DNA of 64,000 bases, taken from the NCBI GenBank assembly GCA_963706575.1, contig CAVPNL010000008.1, positions 96,001 to 160,000 of the forward strand. Reading direction: 5' to 3'. Below the pieces are notes generated by a model. The model made no database searches. It saw only the letters and a program-made list of their open reading frames with translations, and was not told the DNA's origin. The DNA comes from an uncultured delta proteobacterium. GTDB taxonomy: Bacteria > Desulfobacterota > Desulfobacteria > Desulfobacterales > JAHEIW01. Both the position numbers and the translations under genes were made by a program. This document shows, in pieces, positions 31,613 through 41,122 of this stretch (position 1 is its first letter; every line of letters starts with the position of its first letter).

Positions 31613-32685
31613 GAAGTCATTAACAATGGTATGAATTTATGGTTAGCCCTTGGGAAGGGATAGTTCTTGTATTCATTCAAACGTATCCAGCGAAAAGCTA
31701 CAGGCCCGCGTAAATACACTCTTCCGGACACATAGTTGCAGCAAAACACTTCCATGACAATTCTAAAATGGGTATAGGCGTGTTTCACTTGAGCCAAATG
31801 CCGGTCGATTCGTACGTCGAGATTAACTTCTTCTTTGATTTCTCTGATGCAAGCGGCCTGTGCCGATTCGCCGTCTTTAATCTTGCCGCCCGGAAATTCC
31901 CATAAGCCCCCGAGCAGCCCTTCGGCTTTGCGACGGGTGATCAGGACCCGGCCATTTTTAAAAACAACACCGACGGCGATATGATATTGGGGTGTGGCCT
32001 TTGATTTTTGCCGTTTCGGAAAATCGGCGACCTGCTGGGTCTGATAAGCTCGGCATATTCGCGTTAACGGGCAGGCATCGCACAACGGATTTCGGGGCCT
32101 GCAGATCAAGGCACCGAGTTCCATCATAGCCTGGTTGAAGATCCCCGGCTGCCGGATATCCAGCAGCCTGGCGGCGGCTTTTTTAAACTGCTCATAGGAA
32201 CTGGGCTGGTTCACCGGCGCGTAAATTTTATGCAGACGGGCCAATACTCGCTTGACATTGCCGTCGACCACCGCATGGGGCTGGTTGAAGGCGATGCTCA
32301 ACACGGCCGCTGCAATATAATCGCCGACACCCGGCAGGCTGTGGAAAGGTTCCCATTGATCCGGTATTCGCCCCCCATGATCCTGTACCACGGCTTTTGC
32401 AGCCCGGTGCAGATTCCGAGCCCGGGCGTAATATCCCATGCCCTCCCAGACTTTGAGAACCGTTTGTGAATCGGCTGCAGCCAGCCGCCTAATATCTGGA
32501 AATTTTGTTAAAAACCGGCCGTAATAATTTAATACCGTTTTTACCTGGGTTTGCTGCAGCATGGCCTCGGAAACCCAGATATGATAAGGTGTATTTGAGC
32601 GGCGCCACGGCAAATCGCGATGGTTCGCCTGATACCACTTCATTAATTGTTTTCTGAGTAACTCAATATCGGCGGTGTTCATCAA
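31609..32685 (-). CDS. mutY: A/G-specific adenine glycosylase with C-terminal MutT-like NUDIX domain
   Basis: RDLPWR, SEAMLQQT, LPGVGDY, DGNVKRV, CX6CX2CX5C. Confidence 0.95.
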   Translation of the reverse strand: MMNTADIELLRKQLMKWYQANHRDLPWRRSNTPYHIWVSEAMLQQTQVKTVLNYYGRFLTKFPDIRRLAAADSQTVLKVWEGMGYYARARNLHRAAKAVVQDHGGRIPDQWEPFHSLPGVGDYIAAAVLSIAFNQPHAVVDGNVKRVLARLHKIYAPVNQPSSYEQFKKAAARLLDIRQPGIFNQAMMELGALICRPRNPLCDACPLTRICRAYQTQQVADFPKRQKSKATPQYHIAVGVVFKNGRVLITRRKAEGLLGGLWEFPGGKIKDGESAQAACIREIKEEVNLDVRIDRHLAQVKHAYTHFRIVMEVFCCNYVSGRVYLRGPVAFRWIRLNEYKNYPFPRANHKFIPLLMTS

Positions 32686-32694
32686 AAAATTATC

Positions 32695-34782
32695 TCAAGA
32701 TTTTTTCTCAAGGATGTGCGCGATCATGGCCTGGACATCTGAGGTGGGTTCTTTGCACGCAAAGCCTTTGCATACATGGGCGGTGGCTTTGCCTTTAACC
32801 AGCTGAAGGCCGTCGGTATAACCGGCGAATTTGGCCAGCCGCTCTGCATTTTGGTTGGATTTGACCAGGGCCACCTTATGCGGTGCAAAATTAAGATTTA
32901 ATGCGGCCAGCATTTGCTGGGCTTCGGTTTTTTCCGGGTCTGCCGCAATGACCACCTCCTGGCCCGGCCGCAGGATAAAATCCACGCCCAGCAAAAAAAA
33001 GGTAAAGGCGGTTGGTTGGGATTTTACCGTTCCCGCAAAAGCCCGCAGGAGATTATGGGCATGGTTATCCCATTTGGGGTCACCGGTCAATCGGGCTAAC
33101 CACAGCAGATTCAATAACGATACCGAATTGGCCGAAGGAATCGCACCGTCGTATAGTTCTTTGGGCCGCACCGGAAGCGCCTCGCCTTCAAGGGCCGTCG
33201 AAAAAAAGCCGCCGCTGCCCGGATCCCAGAAATCCTGCAGCATTTTTTCCTGAAGAGCGACTGCCTCTTCAGCGTAGGCTAAATTAAAAGTTGCCTGGTA
33301 TAAATTGAGCAGGCCATAGATCAGAAAGGCATAATCGGCGGCCTGGGCCTCGACGGCGAGCTCGCCGTCTCTGAAGCGGTGAAACATGCGGCCCCGGCCA
33401 TCGCGCATTTTAGTCAGTATGAACTGCGCGGATTTTTCAGCCGCCTGGGAATATTCGGAGTTATTGAGAATGCGAGCGCCCAGGGAAAAAGCGGCGATCA
33501 TCAAGCCGTTCCAATCAACGAGAATCTTATCGTCTTTTAAAGGATGAATTCGTTTTTTCCGGTACCGGAACAATTTTTCCCGGATGTTATCCCATTGGGT
33601 GCTTAGCGCCTCCGGCTTGATGTTCAGCTTTTCCGACCATTGTTGGATCGGTCTTTCAAGGTGCAGGATGTTTGCGCCGGTTTTTTGCCCACTGGCTTCG
33701 TCGGAAAAATTGCCATCCGGCTTCAGGTTTAAAATTTTTTCCCATACTTCCGAATGCTCGTCCCCCAGCACCGATCTGAATTCGTCAACGGTCCATACAT
33801 AAAATTTGCCCTCTTCGCCTTCGCTGTCGGCATCCTCTGCCGAGAAAAATGCACCTTCGGCAGATGTCATATCTCTTAAAACATAGGTGAAGATTTCATC
33901 CGCTGTTTGGGCATAAAAGTCATCTTTGGTGATCTGGTAAGTTTCCAAACAGGCCTGGGCGATGAGGGCCTGGTCGTACAGCATTTTTTCAAAATGGGGC
34001 AGCAACCATTCCGTATCCGTAGAATAGCGATGAAAACCATAGCCGACATGGTCCCAGATTCCACCCAATCTCATGGCAGTCAATGTTTTTTCGACCATCT
34101 TTAATGCCTTGATATCCCCGGTACGGTGGTAGCAGCGCAGTAAAAAGAGCAGGCGGTGGGGCGTCGGAAATTTGGGAGCGCCTTCGAACCCCCCAAATCT
34201 GGAATCATAGCCTTGCCAGGTCAGCTCAAAGGCATGATCCAGTAAGGATTCGCCAGGTTCATTGGCAGCTGAAAAGGTAAATGCACGGTCTAAGGTTGCC
34301 GCGATACTGGCAGCCGAGGCATTCACCTTATCCGTTTGGGATGTCCAAAGTTTGCCGACCTGCTGACATAGTTCGATAAGACCGGCGCGGCCGGCGCGGT
34401 TGTTTTTGGGGATGTAGGTGGCTGCGAAAAAGGGTTTTTTATCGGGCGTAAGGAATAGGTTTAGCGGCCAGCCGCCGCTTCCGGTTAACATCTGACAGAC
34501 GGCCATGTATACCGCATCAATATCCGGTCGTTCCTCGCGGTCGACCTTAATACTGATAAAGGTGTCGTTTAATTGACGGGCAACCGCTTCATCTTCAAAC
34601 GATTCTTTTTCCATAACATGACACCAGTGGCAGGTAGCATAACCGATGGAAAGAAAAACCGGTTTGTTTTGCTTGCGGGCAAGGTCAAATGTCTCTTCTG
34701 ACCATGCGTGCCAGTCTACCGGGTTATGGGCATGCTGTAAAAGATAAGGGCTTTTTTCATGTATTAACTGGTTGGAAGTCAT
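32695..34782 (-). CDS. YyaL/SSP411-type thioredoxin domain protein
   Basis: [43 protein letters not shown]. Confidence 0.9.
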   Translation of the reverse strand: MTSNQLIHEKSPYLLQHAHNPVDWHAWSEETFDLARKQNKPVFLSIGYATCHWCHVMEKESFEDEAVARQLNDTFISIKVDREERPDIDAVYMAVCQMLTGSGGWPLNLFLTPDKKPFFAATYIPKNNRAGRAGLIELCQQVGKLWTSQTDKVNASAASIAATLDRAFTFSAANEPGESLLDHAFELTWQGYDSRFGGFEGAPKFPTPHRLLFLLRCYHRTGDIKALKMVEKTLTAMRLGGIWDHVGYGFHRYSTDTEWLLPHFEKMLYDQALIAQACLETYQITKDDFYAQTADEIFTYVLRDMTSAEGAFFSAEDADSEGEEGKFYVWTVDEFRSVLGDEHSEVWEKILNLKPDGNFSDEASGQKTGANILHLERPIQQWSEKLNIKPEALSTQWDNIREKLFRYRKKRIHPLKDDKILVDWNGLMIAAFSLGARILNNSEYSQAAEKSAQFILTKMRDGRGRMFHRFRDGELAVEAQAADYAFLIYGLLNLYQATFNLAYAEEAVALQEKMLQDFWDPGSGGFFSTALEGEALPVRPKELYDGAIPSANSVSLLNLLWLARLTGDPKWDNHAHNLLRAFAGTVKSQPTAFTFFLLGVDFILRPGQEVVIAADPEKTEAQQMLAALNLNFAPHKVALVKSNQNAERLAKFAGYTDGLQLVKGKATAHVCKGFACKEPTSDVQAMIAHILEKKS

Positions 34783-34995
34783 CGTCTTCTCCTATTGAAT
34801 ATCGAATATCGAGCAAGGATTTCGAAGTTAAGTTTTACCTGTCCTGTTCAATTTTCTGTGGAAAAATAATCTGTGATTAGAAAAATAGGTACTCAAATCG
34901 CCATCCGCAATGAAAAAAGTATTTGAAACGGTTTTAGAATCTCAGAATGTGGCCGGGGTTCTCCTCAAGTCGGATTTTCACATTTTGAAACCAAT

Positions 34996-36654
34996 TTAGC
35001 GGTTTTTAAGGTGGTGGTATGGCGGATAGGTCGTCAATCGCGGGTCTTCAAGGGGTTTGCCGACGGTGAAATGGTAGAGGCTTTGATAGTGATTGTCACT
35101 AAAGCCCATGATTTCATGAACGGCATCATCAAAAAAACAGCCGATGCCCGTGCCTCTGACCCCATGGGCTTCAGCTTCCAGATACAGCACCTGCCCGATC
35201 ATTCCGGTTTCCCAGAACAAATGCCGGTAGCGATGAGGTGCGGCGCTGATAACGTCTTTAAATTTTGCAATCATTCCCAGCGAGAATGCGCTGGATCCGG
35301 CAATATCTTGATGGCAGCTGACCATCATGGCTTGCTGCCGGTAATTGCCCACTGAAAGGAGATAGAGCGGAAAATCGGTTTTGACCGGCTCCCAGAGAAA
35401 ATCGGAGCGAGAGATGCGTTTTATTTCAGCAAGATCCTCGTCACACCGACACAAAAAATAAAGCCCCGCTGCTATATCCGTCACATTATGAACAAAAAGT
35501 AGCAGATGGGTTGAAGCTTCTATTAATTCAGCATCAAAAGGGGCGTTATTCACTCGCGGCAGAGTTTTATCCAGCATGCTCAAAAACTGATTTCTGGTGA
35601 TAGAACCATTTCGATCAAAATCGGTTGCGCTTCTTCGATTTCGGATGATTTGCGCCGCAGATAATTGGTCGGGCTCACCGCTGGGCAATTTTCGATTTCC
35701 CAGTTTAACCGTGATTTCTGCGGTGGCCGGTTTGCGGGTCTGGCGAGCCGTTTGATAAATGAGCTCCCAGTTTACACCCTTTTGACTCAATGGGTCCGGT
35801 TCGCCAACAAAACGTAAATCGGTGAATTCAGGTATAATTTGATCCGGCAAATCCCGGGGAATGTGAAATGACGTCAGCGGATGTACAAAACATAAAAAAT
35901 CGGTGTGTTCCTCCTCTAATTTGCGGAATCGGATCTGATCAAAACCCAGAACCGCAAAGATCGCCTCGTCTGACAGTGCGTTCAAATAGGTTACTTTCCA
36001 CCCGAACAGATTTGCTGAAAAACTGAGACAGGCCAGGGCATGGCCGGCATCGTGATTGCAGTAGCGAAATGCACGTTCACCGTATTTCCAGGATTCTCGC
36101 CAGAAAATACTGCTGATGCCGATGAAGAATCCGTCTGCCCCGAAATGAGATAGGATGCGTTGCCATAATTCAGCAGGAACTTCGGCGCGCTTTTCCAACA
36201 TGTGGTCAAAAGCGTTGTAATGGTAGACACCGCTTTGATTTGAATTCAGAGGCGGCAGAATCAGATGTGCTTCGGTGGGGTGAAGATTTCCGCTTGAAGG
36301 GTTTATTCTTAGTGACCACCGGGAACCGGATGCCGCCTTCCAGGCAGATAGCCCCAGAGACAGTTCAAGAAAACCGGCGAGGGTTTCAATGGTTACCGGC
36401 TGCGGTGAATTATTTTTTCGGTCATATAAATCCCGGTGGGCTGCTGCCGGATCATTTTTCAGCAGCGGTAAGGGCAACGCGGGCGCTCCCACATAAGAGC
36501 GAAACGGATTCGGCTGATTTTGCCAGTCCATGTAACCCGGAGATCTGGCATAACGATCGTAATGATGTTTCGTCGCTTCGTGATAGTTAATGATTTCTTC
36601 TGCTTTTTCGGAGATCATTGTTGGCATTGTTCGCAGCGTATAACCATTAAACAA
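34996..36654 (-). CDS. Two-domain SagB/ThcOx-like nitroreductase family protein
   Basis: YHEATKH, RINPSSGNLHPTE, WKYGERAFRY, RRSA, GIGCFFDD. Confidence 0.85.
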   Translation of the reverse strand: MFNGYTLRTMPTMISEKAEEIINYHEATKHHYDRYARSPGYMDWQNQPNPFRSYVGAPALPLPLLKNDPAAAHRDLYDRKNNSPQPVTIETLAGFLELSLGLSAWKAASGSRWSLRINPSSGNLHPTEAHLILPPLNSNQSGVYHYNAFDHMLEKRAEVPAELWQRILSHFGADGFFIGISSIFWRESWKYGERAFRYCNHDAGHALACLSFSANLFGWKVTYLNALSDEAIFAVLGFDQIRFRKLEEEHTDFLCFVHPLTSFHIPRDLPDQIIPEFTDLRFVGEPDPLSQKGVNWELIYQTARQTRKPATAEITVKLGNRKLPSGEPDQLSAAQIIRNRRSATDFDRNGSITRNQFLSMLDKTLPRVNNAPFDAELIEASTHLLLFVHNVTDIAAGLYFLCRCDEDLAEIKRISRSDFLWEPVKTDFPLYLLSVGNYRQQAMMVSCHQDIAGSSAFSLGMIAKFKDVISAAPHRYRHLFWETGMIGQVLYLEAEAHGVRGTGIGCFFDDAVHEIMGFSDNHYQSLYHFTVGKPLEDPRLTTYPPYHHLKNR

Positions 36655-36714
36655 TAACTGAATATAGGAAACCCTTTGATGCGTTTCTTATTTTTCAGGT
36701 GCGGGTGCCGAATG

Positions 36715-36751
36715 AAAAAAAGGGCGACACGTGTTGGGGTGCCGCCCTTTT
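36715..36751 (-). terminator. Rho-independent terminator after the HesB-like gene
   Basis: Minus strand GGGCGGCAC-loop-GTGTCGCCC followed by a T run; A/T runs on both sides. Confidence 0.7.
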
Positions 36752-36770
36752 TGTTTTTCGGTCAGGATAT

Positions 36771-37094
36771 TTAATCGCTGCAGTGTCCGGCTGTGCTGCA
36801 GCTTCCGCAGGCTGAGTCGCCGGCGTTGAATTCAATGCTGGAATCAATTTTAAACCCGTATCCCAAAAAATCGACCTTTACGGGTTGCGCTTTTTCATAG
36901 AACTCTTTTTCCATAATAAATTGAAAACCGTTTACATCGAAAACACTATCATCATCTTTAGGCTCATCCAGAGCCATGGCCAGAGAGGGGCCCCCTCAGC
37001 CTTGGGCATTCAAAAAGATCCGAATCGGCGCGACCTCTTTACCTTTAAAATATTCCTGAATCTGTTTCGTCGCTTCCTCAGTTACTTCAACCAT
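36771..37094 (-). CDS. HesB/IscA-like selenoprotein, 107 aa, Sec at codon 33 (TGA at 36998-36996)
   Basis: AGGAGG then ATG 37094: MVEVTEEATKQIQEYFKGKEVAPIRIFLNAQG-U-GGPSLAMALDEP..., in frame with ORF 36771-36977; GGCTC-TGGAT-GAGCC hairpin downstream of the UGA. Confidence 0.9.
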
Positions 37095-37357
37095 AATATT
37101 CTTATCCTCCTTGCGTGTTTTCAGCTCAGTTCGGAAAATCTGGCCGAATTTGCTTAAATTCCTCTAAATGTTAACTATGCCGGGGCAATTTGTCAAATCT
37201 AAAATTAACTCTATCTAACCCGGACAACCTGTAAACGTAAAAGACAATTTTATCACGAAATCGCGAAAATTAAAAAATAAATTTCGTGCTTTTAAAATTT
37301 CGTGTTTTCGTGGTTGAAACAAATTATTCATAAAATGCCAAGGAATTACAATAAGTT

Positions 37358-37882
37358 CTAAAATATCGATTTTAGATAGGTTTCATACACCGCACAATCT
37401 TTTTCGGAAAATAGGATGAAAATGATTTTTTTGACAGATGGATTGGTTTTTAAAAAATTATAACTGGTATCTACGGCGATTTTACAGGCATCTTCAATCG
37501 GGTAGCCATAGACACCGCAGCTGATGGCTGGAAACGCAATCGTCGCCAGGTTGTGTTCAACGGCCAGTGTTAAACTATTTAAATAGCAGTTGGTCAACAG
37601 CTGGCTATCCTGCGGCTTTCCACTGTATACCGGCCCAACGGTATGAATAACATAGCGCGCCGGCAGATTGTATCCTCCGGTAACCCGGGCCTCACCTGTG
37701 GGGCAGCCGCCGATGCTCCGGCACTCTTCCAATAACTGAGGCCCGGCAGCTCGATGAATTGCCCCATCCACGCCGCCACCGCCTAAAAGCTTGGTGTTGG
37801 CGGCATTTACAATTGCATCCACATCCAGTCGGGTAATGTCACCCTGCCGGATTTCTAATTTTGCCAGTATATCTTTGTCCAT
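37358..37882 (-). CDS. Macro domain O-acetyl-ADP-ribose deacetylase (YmdB-like)
   Basis: GDIT, NAAN..LLGGGGVDGAIH, HTVGP, PAISCGVYGYP. Confidence 0.92.
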   Translation of the reverse strand: MDKDILAKLEIRQGDITRLDVDAIVNAANTKLLGGGGVDGAIHRAAGPQLLEECRSIGGCPTGEARVTGGYNLPARYVIHTVGPVYSGKPQDSQLLTNCYLNSLTLAVEHNLATIAFPAISCGVYGYPIEDACKIAVDTSYNFLKTNPSVKKIIFILFSEKDCAVYETYLKSIF

Positions 37883-37991
37883 GCCTTTTTCCCCTCAAAC
37901 AATTGTGATCTTGGTCCCTTTTTATCCTGAATATCGAATATCGAATCACGCTAAAGACGTGATCTAAAGTCAGGAATGTCCAACCGCAGAA

Positions 37992-38046
37992 GTAGGGCCG
38001 GCCTCTGTGCCGGCCTGGGAATGGCGGCCACAGAGGGCCGCCCTAC
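37992..38046. repeat. GTAG REP-like palindrome pair
   Basis: GTAGGGCCGGCCTCTGTGCCGGCC...GGCGGCCACAGAGGGCCGCCCTAC. Confidence 0.7.
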
Positions 38047-38144
38047 TTCGATATTCGAGATTCCCTGTTCGACTCGGCTGAGCTGTTCGGCCCTGAGCTC
38101 ACGGCCGGTGGTCTCGTCGCAGGCTGCGGTTCTAATTAATTTTT

Positions 38145-38636
38145 TTAGAGATCATATAACTTCTCATCTCTCATCGGTGCCGGTCTTCGAATTCTTTTAG
38201 CCCCCGTTTTTCCGGGTAAGAGGAAAGGTTCATCCTCCTCCAACAGATCTCCCATTTCGGCCTCGATAGCATCCGGGTCCTCGCCGGCCTCCATTCGCTT
38301 TAAGGCCTCATTCATACTGTCGCCCAGTTCAAGGCCCGTCATATCTGAAAGCTTTCGCATGAGGTTGGCGGCCTGGCGAGGATCATCTTCGTTGATTTTA
38401 TCCGCCTCGCCGGCCAGCATTTGCATGGCTTTTTCCATCTTATTTTCATCAAACGGCAGATCATCCGTGTCACTGTCCTCGGTGGCCTTGCCGGTAAACG
38501 CAAAAGCCGACATTTGTCTGGAAAGCGTTTTTGTCTCGCACCTGGGGCATTTGGGTTTCTTAGAGGTGTTTACGGTTTTTGAAAAAAAATTGAAGATGGT
38601 ATTACAATCTTCACAATAGAATTCGTAGATGGGCAT
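38145..38636 (-). CDS. FmdB family zinc-ribbon protein
   Basis: MPIYEFYCEDC...CPRC. Confidence 0.85.
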   Translation of the reverse strand: MPIYEFYCEDCNTIFNFFSKTVNTSKKPKCPRCETKTLSRQMSAFAFTGKATEDSDTDDLPFDENKMEKAMQMLAGEADKINEDDPRQAANLMRKLSDMTGLELGDSMNEALKRMEAGEDPDAIEAEMGDLLEEDEPFLLPGKTGAKRIRRPAPMRDEKLYDL

Positions 38637-39096
38637 AACTGCTCCTTTGCAATTGAGTCCAATGCATTCGGTTATTGACATAATAAAAAGTGGTAATTTG
38701 GTTGTCAACCGCAATAAATGCTCGTTGACTTGCCAGTAGCCGTTTGTTATGGCACCCTGTTCAGAGGTTCAAAGTTCAGGGATTCAGGGTTCAGGGTCAA
38801 CAGATAAGTAATGAGTGCTGAGGACTGAGCACTGAGCAAAAAAACCTGCTTGGCCCGACTATTTTAACATAAGTTGTCGGTTTCCGTCATGAATTGTCTT
38901 CCTGGAACCATGGGTTGTCGTTTTCAGTCATGACCCGGAACGGCTATTTTCGCCCCTTTTTGTTACGATATACCTCAGCCCTCAGTCCTGTGTTTTCATA
39001 CGTGACACCTGAGACCATATTGATTAGAACTTTTGTAACATATTCTTGGTACACAACACTAGATCCTACTCTAAGAAAGGAAAGGGACTGGCTATT

Positions 39097-39513
39097 ATGG
39101 AAAGAACTCTGGCAATTATTAAACCCGATGGCGTGGCCCGCGGTATTATCGGTGAGGTGGTTAAGCGGCTGGAAAACAACGATTTTAAAATCATGGCGAT
39201 GAAGATGCTTCATCTCACGAAGCAGCAGGCGGAGGGGTTTTATGCGGTCCATCAGGGGAAACCCTTTTTTGAAAGCCTGACCGATTTTATGAGCTCCGGA
39301 CCGGCCGTGGTGATGATACTCGAGGGTGAAAATGTGATTTCCCGCTACCGGGAACTGATGGGGGCGACCAATTACAAAGATGCCGCAGAGGGGACCATCC
39401 GCAAGGAATTTGCAACCGATATTGAAAAAAATGTGGTTCACGGTTCAGATGCGCCGGAAACCGCTGCTTTTGAAATGGCCTATTTTTTCAACAATCTTGA
39501 AATTATTAGCTGA
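39097..39513 (+). CDS. ndk: Nucleoside diphosphate kinase
   Basis: [20 protein letters not shown]. Confidence 0.97.
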   Translation: MERTLAIIKPDGVARGIIGEVVKRLENNDFKIMAMKMLHLTKQQAEGFYAVHQGKPFFESLTDFMSSGPAVVMILEGENVISRYRELMGATNYKDAAEGTIRKEFATDIEKNVVHGSDAPETAAFEMAYFFNNLEIIS

Positions 39514-40272
39514 ATGTCCGTAACCGTAAATCTAAAAAATATTTCCATTATCCTGAACCGACCGCGCTATCCGGAAAATATTGGTGCGGCTGCACGGGCG
39601 ATGCGCAATATGGGGTTTGAGCGGCTGATTGTGGTAGATCCGCAAAATTATGACATGTCCCGGGTTTTAAAAATGGCGACACATGCCGCTGTTGAAGTAG
39701 TCGAACAAATACAGGTTTATGAAGACCTGCAGACCGCTCTTGAGCCTTTAAGCTATATCATTGGCACGACAGCTCGCCTGGGTGGCCAGCGACAGCTTGT
39801 AGGTTCCGCGGCCAGGCTGGCTCAAAAACTGGCGCCCATTTCAAAGGAAAATCAGGTGGCGCTTTTGTTTGGCCCCGAGGACCGTGGGCTGACCAATGAA
39901 GACATCCGTTTGTGTCATGAGCTGGTCAATATCCCCACTGCTGAATTTTCCTCGTTAAACCTGGCCCAGGCCGTGATGGTCGTGTGCTATGAATTGCGGC
40001 GTTACAATCAACCCGGGGGGAAAACCTTTGTGCCGCGCCTCGCCAACCGTCATGAACTGGATGGCATGTATGCGCAATTGAAAGATATTCTGGTCAGAAT
40101 CAGTTACATTCAGCCTGACAATCCTGATTATTTTATGAATAATTTACGCCATTTTGGTACGCGCCTGAAACTGCGGGCCAAGGAAGTGAGTATTATTCGC
40201 GGTATTTGCCGACAAATCGATTGGTATGGCAAAAAATGTTACCGAGAAGGATTGGAAGATCGTCGAGATTGA
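39514..40272 (+). CDS. TrmJ/LasT family SPOUT RNA methyltransferase
   Basis: PENIGAAARAM, FGPEDRGL, SLNLAQAV. Confidence 0.9.
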   Translation: MSVTVNLKNISIILNRPRYPENIGAAARAMRNMGFERLIVVDPQNYDMSRVLKMATHAAVEVVEQIQVYEDLQTALEPLSYIIGTTARLGGQRQLVGSAARLAQKLAPISKENQVALLFGPEDRGLTNEDIRLCHELVNIPTAEFSSLNLAQAVMVVCYELRRYNQPGGKTFVPRLANRHELDGMYAQLKDILVRISYIQPDNPDYFMNNLRHFGTRLKLRAKEVSIIRGICRQIDWYGKKCYREGLEDRRD

Positions 40273-40357
40273 GGTCTCCAAATAACATATGGTGTCAGGT
40301 GTCAGGAAAGTGCAGAGAACAGAGCTCAGAAAACAGATGACAGAGGAAAACCGGAAA

Positions 40358-40412
40358 GTAGGGCAGCCCTCTGCGGCTGCCTTTTCATAACCGGCGCAGA
40401 GGCCAGCCCTAC
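40358..40412. repeat. GTAG REP-like palindrome pair
   Basis: GTAGGGCAGCCCTCTGCGGCTGCC...GGCGCAGAGGCCAGCCCTAC. Confidence 0.7.
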
Positions 40413-40494
40413 CGGCCAGCAGCGAGCAGCGAGAAGCCAGATGCCTGACACCTAATCTAAGATAGGTTTTGTAAATCACCTACAGATCGCGACG

Positions 40495-40944
40495 CTATAG
40501 TTTAAGAAGCGTAAACCCGGTTTGCGGGTCGAACACCCTTTTCCCCTTCGATTCTAGTAGTTCAAAAAGAATGACTTCCATGATGTGCCAAACCTTTACA
40601 CCCCGGCGAATGCACCCGGTCCGGGTGGATGATTTCCGGCCGCATGCCATGTGCAGATGAAGCACAGGATTGCCCTGGTCATCCGGAAAAAGGGTGCCGG
40701 CGCCGGCGATCTCGTGTACATTTTCTAAAACAACCTCCAGGGAAGTTACGGGTGTTCCATTTTCATTTTCCGGTTCAGGACCGACGATAAGTTTGCTGTC
40801 TTTATCGGCGCCACCAATGATAATCAAGGAAGCGGCCGCGATGGATTGGTCGCGGGCAAATTGCTCGATCACCTGATGAACAATATCTCCATTTTCAAGG
40901 CATAGAACAAAAATTCTACCGGGTTTGCATTCTGAAAATTTCAC
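40495..40944 (-). CDS. PPC / DUF296 domain protein
   Basis: GRIFVLCLENG, EIAGAGTL, LHLHMA. Confidence 0.85.
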   Translation of the reverse strand: MKFSECKPGRIFVLCLENGDIVHQVIEQFARDQSIAAASLIIIGGADKDSKLIVGPEPENENGTPVTSLEVVLENVHEIAGAGTLFPDDQGNPVLHLHMACGRKSSTRTGCIRRGVKVWHIMEVILFELLESKGKRVFDPQTGFTLLKL

Positions 40945-40976
40945 GTTTTATCGCTTAGCCTCCCTTTGCCGCTGCC

Positions 40977-41122
40977 TAGAAGTGGTTTCAAAACCTCAGA
41001 TCAGGTTCAAGGGCAAGGCGCAGGCCGATCGAGAAAGCGCAGCATACATGGGTATGTGAGCATTTATCGGAGGCCTGCAACGCAGCCATTGGGCCTTAGA
41101 TGGGGTTATGAAACCACTTCTA
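40977..41122. mobile_element. MITE-like element (146 bp)
   Basis: TIR TAGAAGTGGTTTCA / TGAAACCACTTCTA; near-identical copy at 54614-54760. Confidence 0.8.

Noticed and set aside
34996..36654. Azole-RiPP (TOMM) cluster around the SagB-like gene
   Set aside because: No YcaO, E1-like protein or precursor nearby.
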